64,000 nt of DNA from an uncultured Planctomycetaceae bacterium (GCA_963813715.1 CAWFAK010000005.1:160001-224000), one strand, 5' to 3'; counted from the first letter of the stretch, positions 11,132-21,961 are shown. The notes: a model not told the origin generated them from the sequence alone. Numbers and translations are program-made.

Positions 11132-12341
11132 ATGAAAATCCTCGTCGCCAACTTGGGCTCAACCAGCTTCAAGTACCGGCTGTTCGATCTGCCCGGCGAG
11201 ACACAGCTCGCGCGGGGCGGCATCGATCGGATTGGACAGGATCGGATCGGGGAGCGGACGGGGCATTGCTTCGTGCAGATCGGCGAGAATCGCGAGGAGA
11301 CGAAGCGGAGCTGTGCCGATCATGCGGAAGCCGTCCGCATCTGCCTCGAGCAACTGACGAACCCCGAGTGGGGTTGCCTGAAGTCGGTGAGCGAAGTGGC
11401 GGCCATCGGATTCAAGGCGGTCTTTGCCGGGCGCCTGAGCGGCGTGCGGCTGGTCAACGAAGAGTTGCTCTCGACGATGGAAACGCTGGCCACCGTCGCT
11501 CCCGCGCACAACCCGCCCTACGCGCGGGCCATGCGCGAGCTGCAGCAAGCCTTTCCACAGATGCCGCTGGTGGCCGCGCTCGAAACGGGATTTCACGAAA
11601 CGATTCCGGAGGCCAATCGCATTTATGCGGTGCCCTACGAGTGGAAGACCGAGCACGACGTGCAGCGTTGGGGCTTTCACGGGGCCAGTCACCGCTATAT
11701 CGCCGGTCGCATCGGCGAAATCCTCGGGCGGGACGATCTTCGGGTGATCTCCTGCCACCTCGGAGGGAGCAACTCGCTGTGCGCGATCCGCGCCGGCCAG
11801 TCGCTGGCAACGACCATGGGAATGAGCCCGCAAACCGGACTGCCGCACAACAACCGCGTCGGTGATTTCGATCCATTTGCCCTCCCCGTGCTGATGCAGG
11901 CGACCGGCAAGAGCATGGAGACGCTCCTGGAGGAGCTGGCCGAGCAGAGCGGCCTGTTGGGCATCAGCGGGTTAAGCGGCGATGTGCGCGACCTGGAAGA
12001 GGCAGCCGCCAAGGGCCACGCGCGAGCCGACCTGGCACTCGAGGCCTTCGTGGCGTCGATCCGTCATTACGTCGGCGCATCTCTGATGGTGCTGGGCGGG
12101 GCCGACGCGATCGTCTTCACGGGCGGCATCGGCGAGAACAGTCGGCGTGTTCGCTGTGGCGTGTGTTGCGACATGGAATGGACCGGACTGCGGCTCGATC
12201 CGGCGCAACGAGTCGGCCAAGGGCGAGGCTCGCATCTCGGCCGACGACAGCCGCATGGAAGCCTGGATCGTGCCGACGAACGAAGAGTTGGTGGTGGCCC
12301 GTCAGGCCGCCGAGTTGATTGGCAGGCAGCAGCGCGACTGA
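11132..12341 (+). CDS. ackA: Acetate/propionate kinase (frameshift ~12205)
   Basis: [40 protein letters not shown], then [11 protein letters not shown] in ORF 12147 frame. Confidence 0.94.
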
Positions 12342-12375
12342 GCGGGGCCCATTGGACCCCCGACGGGAGGCAGCA

Positions 12376-12702
12376 ATGTTTTTGGGACGAATCACAGGCA
12401 GCCTGGTGGCGACGCAAAAGGTCGAGTCGATGATCGGCCAGAAGCTGCTCGTCGTCGAGCCGTTGCGGGTGAACGAAAAAGACCAAAGCGATCTCGTGCC
12501 CACCGGCCGAACGTTTGTCGCCGTCGACACCGTCGGCGCCGGCGAGGGGGAGATCGTCCTCTGTGTGCAGGGATCGAGCGCCCGCTTTACCCCGGAGACT
12601 AAACAGCTGCCGATCGACGCGGCCGTGATCGGAATTGTCGATCGCGTGCAAGTCGGCCCGAACACCGTTTTCAGTGCCCGCGCGACCTCGAGTCGCACCT
12701 AA
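12376..12702 (+). CDS. BMC-P pentameric vertex protein (EutN/CcmL family)
   Basis: [52 protein letters not shown]. Confidence 0.96.
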   Translation: MFLGRITGSLVATQKVESMIGQKLLVVEPLRVNEKDQSDLVPTGRTFVAVDTVGAGEGEIVLCVQGSSARFTPETKQLPIDAAVIGIVDRVQVGPNTVFSARATSSRT

Positions 12703-12754
12703 CCAAATCTACGCGACCCTGAGTCGCGCCGAGAACTTTCCCGCAGGATGAGCC

Positions 12755-13265
12755 GTGTCGCAAGCCGAAGGACAATTGCCGAGCGAACAGGTGCCGTTCC
12801 GGACGATTCAAATCGTCATCGGCGCGTTGATGTTCGGCGCACTGGTGTTCGCGGTGATCGCCTACTCCGTCGCACAGCCGCCGCGGGCGGGCAACGAGCT
12901 GCTGGCTTACGTTGCCGCGGGTTTTGCGGGGCTTCAGCTCGTGATGAGCCTTGTCGTGCCCGCCGTTGCGATCCGTCAAAAGCTGCAGGAGCTGCAGGCC
13001 CGCAGTTCGGCCAGTGGTCCGGTTTTGGCCATGGATTACTTCAACGTCTATCAGACGCGGGTCGATCGTGCGGGCCGCCCTGCTCGAGAGCGCGGCGTTC
13101 TTTGGCGGCATCGCCTACATCATCAGCGGGCTCTGGTGGATTCTCGCCACGGCGCTCGCGTTGATTGCCGTCATCGGCATCTTCTTTCCCACGAGGAGTC
13201 GTTTCGACGACTGGGTCCGCGAGCAGCGGGAGCTGGCCTCGCTCGATAACGCCACGGGTGTCTGA
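12755..13265 (+). CDS. Hypothetical 4-TM membrane protein inside the BMC operon (frameshift ~13062)
   Basis: Two hydrophobic helices in ORF 12755 frame, two more (IVRAALLESAAFFGGIAYII; LWWILATALALIAVIGIFFP) in ORF 12951 frame. Confidence 0.75.
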
Positions 13266-13312
13266 CTCACAACCGAAATTATGAACATTCAACTTTGGGA
13301 TAAGGTCCGTTC

Positions 13313-14743
13313 ATGATCCAAGCCAACGAACAAGCCATCCGGCAGGTCGTGCAAGAGGTGCTGGCCCAGTTGGGCAAGCGCGGAGGAGCGCCGCACGGCA
13401 GTAACGGCCACGCCAACGGCGATTGGGGCGTGTTCCGCACCGTCGACGACGCGGTGGCCGCCGCCACGCAAGGCTTCGAGCGATTCCGCGACGTGTCGAT
13501 GGAGAACCGGGCCAAGGCCATCGCCTGCGTCTATCGCATCTGCGACGAGCAGGCCGAAGAGCTGGGCCGGATGGAGCTGGAAGAGACCAAGATCGGCCGC
13601 CTCGACCACAAGATCGAGAAGCTCAAGATCGTGAAGCTCGTCCCGGGCATCGAGTTCCTCCGCTGCGACGCACGCAGCGGCGACCACGGGCTGACCATCA
13701 CCGAGTACGCTCCGTTCGGCGTGATCGGCGCGGTGACACCGGTGACACACTCGCTGCCGACGCTGGCCGGCAACGTGGTCAACATGCTGGCGGCCGGCAA
13801 CACGGTCGTCTTCAACCCGCACCCGTCGGGAGCGCGGATCGCCTGCGAAGGAGTCCGCCGCTTCAACAAAGCCATCCACCAGGCGATCGGCGTCGAGAAT
13901 CTGATCACGATCATCGGCGAGCCGACGCTCGAAACGGCCGGCCAGCTCTTCGATCACCGGGGCGTGCGACTGTTGGTGGCGACCGGCGGTCCGGGCGTGG
14001 CGAGGGCGGCGCTCGCGAGCAAGAAGCGGGCAATCGTCGCCGGGCCGGGCAATCCGCCGGTCGTGGTCGATGAAACGGCCGACATCGAAAACGCGGCCCG
14101 CTCGATCGTCCGCGGCGCGGCCTACGACAACAACCTGCTCTGCATCGGCGAAAAGGAAGTCTTCGCCGTCGAGCCGATTTTCAACGGACTGCTCGAAGCG
14201 GTCGGCCGCAACGGCGGTTTCCGTCTCAATCGCTCGCAGGTTGAGGACCTGACCAAGCTGGCCTTCGCGCCGCCGGAGAAACCGGGGGGGCACGCCGTGC
14301 TCAATCGCGATCTGATCGGCAAAGACGCGGCCGTGCTGGCCTCGCTGATCGGCGTGCGAGTCCCGGCCGACACGCAAATCCTCTACGGCGAAACCGACAC
14401 CAGCAACCCGTTCGTGCCCGAAGAGCAGATGATGCCCTTCGTGCCGTTCGTGCGGGCCCGCGACGCCATGCACGCGATCGACCTGGCCCGCGAGTTCGAG
14501 CACAACTTCAAACACACGAGCCTGATTCACTCGCGCAACGTGCGGACGATGACCATCATGGGCCGCACGATGGACACCACGCTCTTCGTCAAGAACGGCC
14601 CTTGCTCGGCGGGGCTCGGCCTGGGAGGTGAAGGCTACCTCTCGTACAGCATTGCCACGCCGACGGGTGAAGGCGTCACCAACCCGCTGACCTTCACGCG
14701 GCAACGGCGGTGCGCGATGGTCGACGACCTGCGGATTATTTGA
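13313..14743 (+). CDS. CoA-acylating aldehyde dehydrogenase (EutE/PduP family), BMC core enzyme
   Basis: [61 protein letters not shown]-terminal amphipathic helix. Confidence 0.97.
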   Translation: MIQANEQAIRQVVQEVLAQLGKRGGAPHGSNGHANGDWGVFRTVDDAVAAATQGFERFRDVSMENRAKAIACVYRICDEQAEELGRMELEETKIGRLDHKIEKLKIVKLVPGIEFLRCDARSGDHGLTITEYAPFGVIGAVTPVTHSLPTLAGNVVNMLAAGNTVVFNPHPSGARIACEGVRRFNKAIHQAIGVENLITIIGEPTLETAGQLFDHRGVRLLVATGGPGVARAALASKKRAIVAGPGNPPVVVDETADIENAARSIVRGAAYDNNLLCIGEKEVFAVEPIFNGLLEAVGRNGGFRLNRSQVEDLTKLAFAPPEKPGGHAVLNRDLIGKDAAVLASLIGVRVPADTQILYGETDTSNPFVPEEQMMPFVPFVRARDAMHAIDLAREFEHNFKHTSLIHSRNVRTMTIMGRTMDTTLFVKNGPCSAGLGLGGEGYLSYSIATPTGEGVTNPLTFTRQRRCAMVDDLRII

Positions 14744-14758
14744 GACACGGAACGCGTC

Positions 14759-15037
14759 ATGCAGCTCGGTGAAGTGATCGGCCACGCGACCTCGACGGTC
14801 AAGCATCCGACGCTGCGCGGTTGGCGGATGGCCATCGTGCAGCCGCTCGACGCGCGGATGCGGCCGGACGGCGTGCCGATTGTGGCCATCGATCCGCTCG
14901 GCGGCTCGCGGGGCGACCGCGTGGTAATCAGCAGCGACGGCAAGGCCGCTCGCGAATTGATCGGAGCCGAGAACAGCCCGGCCCGCTAGCTCGTGATCGG
15001 ATTGGCGGACGGCAACACCGGAGTGCGCCAGCCATGA
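14759..15037 (+). CDS. BMC-P vertex protein 2 with in-frame TAG at 14987-14989
   Basis: MQLGEVIGHATSTVKHP..VAIDPLG..SDG..SPAR*LVIGLAD; read-through stop TGA 15035-15037 overlaps the next ATG. Confidence 0.88.
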
Positions 15038-15774
15038 CGAACCCGGCGGACATGGTCGATCGCATCGTGGCCGGCGTGCTGGAGCAGCTGCAGGCTCCCG
15101 CCACCGGCACTGCCAGTGCCAATGCGACGGTCGCCACGCCCGCGATTCGTCCGGCCGCGTTTCCAGCTGCGACGGCGAACGGTGCTCTCTCGATTCCAGA
15201 CGTTGTGATCACCGCGGGCCTGCTCGAGACGCGCGGCGTCCTCTCCGGCCCGGTCGTCTTTGCCGCCAAAGCAATTCTCACTCCGTCGGCCGTCGACTTC
15301 CTGAAGAGCCGCAAGATCGCCTGGAGCAAAGCAAACAACAGTCAGTCCGGCGCCGCGGCGGCGAGCACAAGCAACGTCAGCTGGCTGGCCCTGGTCTCGC
15401 GTTCGACACCCGCCGTCGAGTCGGCACTCGATGCACTGGCTAAGCAGCCCGGCATCCACTGGCAGCGCGAGCTGGTCGGCTGCCACCGCGAGTCGGCCCG
15501 TCGGGCGGTGGCCGCGTTGTGCCGCGGCGAGTGCGACGCTGCGATCGCCGTCACGGGTAAGCCCGAATCGGTCGTCTGCCGCGCCAATCGGAATGCTCAA
15601 GTGCGGGCGGCCGCCGTCGACTCGCTCGAACAAGCCAAGCGGGCGAAACGCACGCTCGGCGCCAATCTGTTCGCGATCGACCCGGCAGAGCAATCGATGT
15701 TCGCGCTGCGAGGTCTGCTGCGGGAAATCGTCGCCGGAGGCAAACCCGTCCTGCCGTCCGATTGGAGCGAATAA
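15034..15774 (+). CDS. PV-BMC hypothetical protein with degenerate RpiB/LacAB-like C-terminal domain
   Basis: N-terminal helix DMVDRIVAGVLEQL; AILTPSAVDFL; CRANRNAQVRAAAV...GANL resembles the RpiB ANK..GIRAA..N.N pattern. Confidence 0.8.
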   Translation: MTNPADMVDRIVAGVLEQLQAPATGTASANATVATPAIRPAAFPAATANGALSIPDVVITAGLLETRGVLSGPVVFAAKAILTPSAVDFLKSRKIAWSKANNSQSGAAAASTSNVSWLALVSRSTPAVESALDALAKQPGIHWQRELVGCHRESARRAVAALCRGECDAAIAVTGKPESVVCRANRNAQVRAAAVDSLEQAKRAKRTLGANLFAIDPAEQSMFALRGLLREIVAGGKPVLPSDWSE

Positions 15775-15808
15775 TCCGACACATGAGCGTAGAGCGAATA
15801 GTCCAACC

Positions 15809-16138
15809 ATGAGAATCGCGTTGGTGATCGGGAACGTCACGCTTTCGCAGTGGCATCCGTCGTTGACGGGGGCCGCGTGGCGAATCTGCACGCCGCTCGA
15901 CCGGGCCGCGCTCGAACGGGCCGGGCTTGACCGGGCTGCCCTTGAACAGCCGGACGAGTCCAGCAGCGAGGAGCCTTTTGTGACTTTCGACGAATTGGGG
16001 GCCGGGTTGGGCTCGCTCATCGCCGTCAGCGAAGGGGCCGAGGCTTCCGCTCCATTCCATCCCGAGGTCAAGCCGATAGACGCCTACAACGCAGCCATCC
16101 TCGACACGATCGACGTAGGACACCGAACCCATAACTAA
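15809..16138 (+). CDS. BMC-P vertex protein 3
   Basis: MRIALVIGNVTLS..HPSL..FDELGAGLGS.IAVSEGAEA..PIDAYNAAILD. Confidence 0.93.
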   Translation: MRIALVIGNVTLSQWHPSLTGAAWRICTPLDRAALERAGLDRAALEQPDESSSEEPFVTFDELGAGLGSLIAVSEGAEASAPFHPEVKPIDAYNAAILDTIDVGHRTHN

Positions 16139-16142
16139 TCCT

Positions 16143-16181
16143 GGCGAGCGATCCGCCGCGGCGGATCAGCTTGCCCGTTCT
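16143..16181. repeat. REP-like family B copy (others at 18302-18332, 18391-18429, 27124-27154)
   Basis: Shared consensus AGAAC(C/G)GGC..GCTGA...CGCTCGCC; 16143 and 18391 copies share the core GCTGATCCGCCGCGGCGGA. Confidence 0.75.
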
Positions 16182-16232
16182 CAAATTTGACCAACCGGTC
16201 CACGAATCCGAACCAATTAAAAGGTCTTTAAC

Positions 16233-17174
16233 GTGATCAAAAGCAACCCGCAGCAGGCCCCGGCTTCTCCCTGGGCCGGCAAGAACGGCATGAGCCGCCT
16301 GAACGACCGCAAACTCAAAGAGCTGATCTGCGAGATCGGCCGGCGGGTTTACAACAAGGGATTTGCCGCGGCCAACGACGGCAACATTTCGATTCGCGTC
16401 GGCGAGAACGAAGTCCTCTGCTCGCCCACGATGATCTGCAAGGGCTTCATGAACCCGGACGACATCTGCGCCGTCGACCTGGACGGCAATCAGATCGCCG
16501 GCAAGCGCAAACGCACCAGCGAAATCCTGCTGCATCTGACGATCATGAAGGCCCGCCCCGACGTCGAGGCCGTCGTCCACTGCCATCCGCCCCATGCCAC
16601 CGCGTTCGCGGTCGCCGGCGAGCCCATCCCGCAGTGCATCCTGCCCGAAGTCGAAGTCTTCATGGGCGAGATTCCCATTGCGCCGTACGAAACGCCGGGC
16701 GGCCAGAAATTCGCCGACACCGTGCTCCCTTTCCTTAAAGGGACGAGCTGCGTGATCCTCAAAAACCACGGCACCGTGAGCTTCGGCAAAAACCTCGAAG
16801 AGGCGTACTGGAAGACCGAAATCCTCGACGCCTATTGCCGCATCCTGCTGCTCTCCCGGCAGCTGGGCCGCGTCGACTACTTCACCCAGCAGCAGACCAA
16901 CGAGCTGCTCGACCTGAAGAAGAAGCTGGGCTTCGACGATCCGCGGTTCCATGTCGAGAACTGCGACCTGTGTGGCAACAGCGCCTTCCGCGACGGTTAC
17001 AAGGAAACGCTCCCGCAGTCCAAGGCCTTCGAACCCGCCCCGGACTACCCGGGCTATCTCGCCAGCAGCAAGGCGGGATCGACAAGTAGCGCGCCGAGCA
17101 AGAACGGCGCGGACATCGAGGGACTCGTGAAGGTGATTACCGACCAGGTGCTGCAGGCGCTGGGGAAGAACTAA
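16233..17174 (+). CDS. Class II aldolase (fuculose/rhamnulose-1-phosphate aldolase family) with C-terminal encapsulation peptide
   Basis: AANDGNISIR, TSEILLHL, VVHCHPPHATAF, LKNHG; start GTG 16233 or ATG 16290. Confidence 0.95.
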   Translation: MIKSNPQQAPASPWAGKNGMSRLNDRKLKELICEIGRRVYNKGFAAANDGNISIRVGENEVLCSPTMICKGFMNPDDICAVDLDGNQIAGKRKRTSEILLHLTIMKARPDVEAVVHCHPPHATAFAVAGEPIPQCILPEVEVFMGEIPIAPYETPGGQKFADTVLPFLKGTSCVILKNHGTVSFGKNLEEAYWKTEILDAYCRILLLSRQLGRVDYFTQQQTNELLDLKKKLGFDDPRFHVENCDLCGNSAFRDGYKETLPQSKAFEPAPDYPGYLASSKAGSTSSAPSKNGADIEGLVKVITDQVLQALGKN

Positions 17175-17177
17175 AGG

Positions 17178-17301
17178 GAAATGACGAAGCACGAATGACG
17201 AAAGAAGCACGAAGCCTGAAGCACTAATGAACGCGCCCTTCTTTCGGGCTTAAGTCATTCGGAAATTCCTTCGTCATTCGAGCTTCGTCATTCGTCATTT
17301 C
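17178..17301. repeat. Heptamer-array palindromic element (family A), copy 1
   Basis: GAATGAC/GAAGCAC units on the left, reverse complements on the right; terminal IR GAAATGACGAA...TTCGTCATTTC; 27 nt identical to the copy at 43370. Confidence 0.85.
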
Positions 17302-17373
17302 ATTCCGGTCGTGCTACCAGACTGACGGCCTGTGGCCACGCGTCGCCCGTTCCACAAAAGCGAATTCGACACC

Positions 17374-18300
17374 ATGAAAGTTGCAATTATCGGCGGAGGC
17401 GGGTTGGTCGGCTCGTGCGCGGGGTTCGCGCTGCAGGCCGGCCGGATTGTGCGAGAGATCGCGCTGGTCGACGTCAATCGCGAGCTGGCCGAGGGGCAGG
17501 CCCTCGACTTGATGCACGGCTCTTCGCTCGTCGCCGACCAGGCGATCACGGGCGGCGGCATGGAGCAGATCGCCGGGGCCGACATGGTCGTGATCACGGC
17601 CGGATTGCGGCGCAAGCCGGACGAGAGCCGGCTCGACCTGATCAATCGCAACGTCGAGCTGTTCCGTAAAATTCTGGCTGACCTCAAGGCGAACGACCTG
17701 CGGAAAGACGCGTTCGTGTTCGTCGTTTCCAATCCGGTCGACGTGCTGACGTACCTGGCGGTGAAGGAGTTGCCGCAGGGGCCGCAGCGAATCTTCGGGC
17801 TGGGAACGATGCTCGACACGACGCGGCTGCGTGGCATTCTGGCTCAGCAATTGAAGGTGCCGCCGACGCAGGTTTCGGCCATGATGCTGGGCGAGCACGG
17901 CGACAGCATGGTGGCCATCTGGTCGGCCGCGCAGATCGCCGGCCTGCCGCTCGACAAATGGCCGGGCGTCACCCCGCCGGTGATTCAAGAAGTCGAAAAA
18001 CGCACGCGGGGCAGCGGGGCGGAAGTCATCAAAAAGAAAACGGGAGCGGGCTTCGCGGTGGGCGTGTCGATCGCCGACGTGGTTCACAGCATCGCCCTCG
18101 ACCAACGCCGTATCCTGCCCGTCTCGACGCTGCAGACCGGCGCCTACCAGATCCGCGACGTCTGCCTGTCGGTGCCGACGGTCGTCGGCCGCGCCGGTAT
18201 CCTCGGCCACACCGAGATCGAACTCTGGCCGAAGGAACGGATGGGACTCACGAACTCGGCAAAGGTCCTGCGGGAGACGGTCGACAAGGTACTGCGCTAA
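17374..18300 (+). CDS. L-lactate/malate dehydrogenase family protein
   Basis: MKVAIIGGGGLVG, VITAG..RKPDESRLDL, VVSNPVD, GTMLDTTR, GEHGDS. Confidence 0.95.
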   Translation: MKVAIIGGGGLVGSCAGFALQAGRIVREIALVDVNRELAEGQALDLMHGSSLVADQAITGGGMEQIAGADMVVITAGLRRKPDESRLDLINRNVELFRKILADLKANDLRKDAFVFVVSNPVDVLTYLAVKELPQGPQRIFGLGTMLDTTRLRGILAQQLKVPPTQVSAMMLGEHGDSMVAIWSAAQIAGLPLDKWPGVTPPVIQEVEKRTRGSGAEVIKKKTGAGFAVGVSIADVVHSIALDQRRILPVSTLQTGAYQIRDVCLSVPTVVGRAGILGHTEIELWPKERMGLTNSAKVLRETVDKVLR

Positions 18301-18301
18301 A

Positions 18302-18429
18302 GGCGAGCGGCCGGTGTCAGCCGGCCGGTTCTCAGTCCTTATCTTCTCTTCCTGCTGCTTGTTCTCTTTTGACCGCGACAAACGTCAGAAAGAACCGGCG
18401 GGCTGATCCGCCGCGGCGGACCGCTCGCC
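18302..18429. repeat. Inverted pair of REP-like family B elements
   Basis: GGCGAGCGG...GCCGGTTCT (18302-18332) and AGAACCGGC...CCGCTCGCC (18391-18429). Confidence 0.75.
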
Positions 18430-18450
18430 GGCTCGGATTGCCGACTCAAT

Positions 18451-19470
18451 ATGCAAAAATCGCTCGACCGCAAGTTGGCGGCCATTCATGCCGATCCGCA
18501 CGGGTCGAAGGAGTTCATTCTTGCCGATGCCAAGGACGCCGACATGGCGTTCGGCCTCGCCGCGCCGGGAAAGCTGAGCGAGCGAGACGGGCAAACGCGA
18601 TTCAAGTCGCTGGCTGAGTTTCGCCAAAACATCCGCAAGGTGGTCGGGCAGCAAATCGTCGACATCATGCTGATGTCGGCCAGCACCAGCGAGTTGCTGT
18701 GCCTCGAGGAGCGGCTGTTTGACGACTCGCCCGTCACGCCGGCCGTGCGGGCCAACGACGCCACCGACATCCACCTTCCCCGCGGCGGCACGATTCACAC
18801 GGAGCCGGCTCGCCCTTTCCGCACGGCAACGCTCGACCACATTCAGTGCGGCTATCTCGACTGCAGCCCCGAGGAGCGGGCCCGCGGCGTCGACCTGGGT
18901 CTCTACTCGGTGACCTTCAACAACCGCTGCGAGCTCGATCTCGTCACCGTCGAGAACTACAAAGAGTTCCGCGAAGAGGCCGAGCGGCGACGGTTCCGGC
19001 ACTTTCTCGAAGTCTTCGATCCGAACGCGCCGCAAGGCCTGACGCCCGAGCAGATTCCCGGATTCGTCAACGACATCATCGCCCGCACCCTGGCTGGAGT
19101 GACCAAGGCCGGCCGGCCGCTGTTCCTCAAGATGGCCTATCACGGGCCGCGGGCGCTGGAAGAACTCGTCAGCTACGATCCGCACCTGATCGTCGGCATT
19201 CTCGGCGGAGCGGCGGGCACCACGCTCGATGCGTTTCAATTGATCTATGAAGTCCGCAAGTACGGCGGCCGCGCGGCTCTCTTCGGGCGAAAGATCAACC
19301 AGGCCGAAGACCAGCTGCAGTTCATCGAGTTCTTGAAACTCGTGGTCGACGGCGCGGTCGGTCCGGCCGATGCTGTGCGGGCTTACCATGCGGCGCTCGC
19401 ACAGCGCGGCATCAAGCCGCACCGAGCGCTGGCCGAAGATCTCGAGCTGCGAACGCTGTCCGCGAGCTAG
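18451..19470 (+). CDS. Uncharacterised TIM-barrel protein, class I aldolase-like
   Basis: FLEVF, FLKMAY (candidate Schiff-base Lys), GILGG, GGRAALFGRKINQA resembling the C-terminal strands of FbaB/LsrF/LacD-type aldolases. Confidence 0.7.
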   Translation: MQKSLDRKLAAIHADPHGSKEFILADAKDADMAFGLAAPGKLSERDGQTRFKSLAEFRQNIRKVVGQQIVDIMLMSASTSELLCLEERLFDDSPVTPAVRANDATDIHLPRGGTIHTEPARPFRTATLDHIQCGYLDCSPEERARGVDLGLYSVTFNNRCELDLVTVENYKEFREEAERRRFRHFLEVFDPNAPQGLTPEQIPGFVNDIIARTLAGVTKAGRPLFLKMAYHGPRALEELVSYDPHLIVGILGGAAGTTLDAFQLIYEVRKYGGRAALFGRKINQAEDQLQFIEFLKLVVDGAVGPADAVRAYHAALAQRGIKPHRALAEDLELRTLSAS

Positions 19471-19496
19471 ACGCCCCCTCGCGTTCGCTGTCGCGT

Positions 19497-20318
<822 letters not shown>

Positions 20319-20660
20319 GTCGTGTCCTCGACCGCGTTCCGGGATTCGCCGGACGAGCGGATTGTGCTGCTTTTCCGTATCGGAGCGATTGAACGGAGGA
20401 CTGAAGGCTAGCCCGCACCGCGGCCCCCCGAGGGTCAACGTATGCGACGGGCGTGCTCGACTTGTCATGAAAGCCGGTTGGCGGAGGGCGGAAGTCTGGG
20501 AAGACTGCTGAGATGGTGACGGCAGCCCAGCGAAACCGAGCCGCTCGCTCGCCGAGATTTGCGAGCGGCGGCCACCGGACATTATCGTAGATCTCGAGCG
20601 GTACAATCGTAGAGCATCTGGCCTCGAGCCCCTGCGCCCAACTCCAAAAGCGATGCGACC

Positions 20661-21352
20661 TTGATTCGAGTCGAGAACCTCAGTTTGCGCGCGGGGCATT
20701 TCGCGCTCGACTCGATCAATTTCGAGATTCCCGCCGGCCAATACGGCGTGCTGATGGGCCGCACGGGCACCGGCAAAACGACGCTGCTCGAATCACTGTG
20801 CGGCTTGCGGCAGGTCACGGCCGGGCGAATCTGGCTGGCCAACCGCGATGTCACTACGCTGAAACCGGCCGAGCGAGGTATCGGCTTCGTCCCGCAGGAT
20901 GGGGCGCTGTTTGAAACGATGTCGGTCCGCGAGCATCTCGGCTTCGCACTGTCGATTCGCAAGGCTAAGCCGCCCGTCATCACCGCCCGCGTCGCCGAGT
21001 TGGCTGAGCTGTTGGGCCTACAACACCTGCTCGACCGCCGGCCCGACGGACTGAGCGGCGGCGAACGCCAGCGCGTGGCCCTCGGCCGCGCCCTGACGGC
21101 CCGGCCCGATATTCTCTGCCTGGACGAACCGCTGAGCGCGCTCGACGACACCACCCGCGACGAAATGTATACCTTGCTCGAATCGGTCCGCGCAGAACGA
21201 GCGTCACCACGTTGCACATCACACACAACCGAGCCGAAGCCGTCCGCCTGGCCGACGTGATGCTGCTGTTGGAAAAAGGCACGATCCGCAGACTGACGCG
21301 GGACGAGCTGGCCGAGCTCGATGCGAGCAAGGACCAGGGTCGCAAGAGTTGA
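20661..21352 (+). CDS. ABC transporter ATP-binding protein, ModC/WtpC-like (frameshift ~21198)
   Basis: GRTGTGKTT, LSGGERQR, CLDEPLSALD, then TTLHITHN in the shifted frame. Confidence 0.88.
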
Positions 21353-21500
21353 AGCCGGCGGCGACGACGCGATCGATGTTGGCATCAGTTGCGACCCACA
21401 CTTTCCCAAGCCGACGGCGAGGCGGGCGCGTCGAAAAATAAGACAAGGGAATGGAGACGAAAAGGATTTAAAACGAAATCAGAAAAGAAAGACCGAAAAG

Positions 21501-21526
21501 ACACCGCTTACTGCGTGCGCGGCTCT
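21501..21526. repeat. REP-like family C copy (others at 36194-36219 reverse and 36281-36306)
   Basis: CACCGCTTACTGCGTGCGCGGCTCT identical in three places. Confidence 0.85.
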
Positions 21527-21939
21527 TAAGAGTCCGCGCGATCGAGTAGCTCGAATAGCCGATCGAGAAACGGCGCCTGGTCGGGATGGATGCGCAACCG
21601 CGCTTCGTCCAGCGGCAGGAAGGCGGCCTGATCGATTTCCCAGCTAGCCGCACGCGGGGCAGCATCCGCGGGCGCTTCGCCGGCAAACGCATGCACGCGC
21701 TTGCGGCTCTTCTTGTAGTCGATCGACGAGAGGTCGCGGAGTTCGCCCGCCACCACGCCCGTCTCTTCGAGCGTCTCCCGCCGGGCCGTCTGTTCCAGCG
21801 TTTCGCCGGGATCGCCGAGGCCTTTCGGAATGCCCCACGGCGCTTTGCGGTTGTAGTTTCCCGACGCGTGCACGAGGAGGACCTCGAGCTTCCCCGATGG
21901 GCCACGCCGATAGAGCAGGGTTCCGGCCGATTCTTTCAT
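21526..21939 (-). CDS. NUDIX hydrolase
   Basis: Nudix box GLGDPGETLEQTARRETLEETG. Confidence 0.93.
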   Translation of the reverse strand: MKESAGTLLYRRGPSGKLEVLLVHASGNYNRKAPWGIPKGLGDPGETLEQTARRETLEETGVVAGELRDLSSIDYKKSRKRVHAFAGEAPADAAPRAASWEIDQAAFLPLDEARLRIHPDQAPFLDRLFELLDRADS

Positions 21940-21961
21940 GAGTTGATGATCCGCGGCAACT

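Noticed and set aside
14987..14989. Pyrrolysine or stop-codon reassignment
   Set aside because: It is a single case at a probable Trp codon, TAG serves as a normal stop elsewhere (for example 8694 and 19470), and no pyl genes are seen.
17178..17301. Possible CRISPR array (also 43369-43490 and 33844-33888)
   Set aside because: Units are 7 or 15 nt with no unique spacers, and no cas genes are present.
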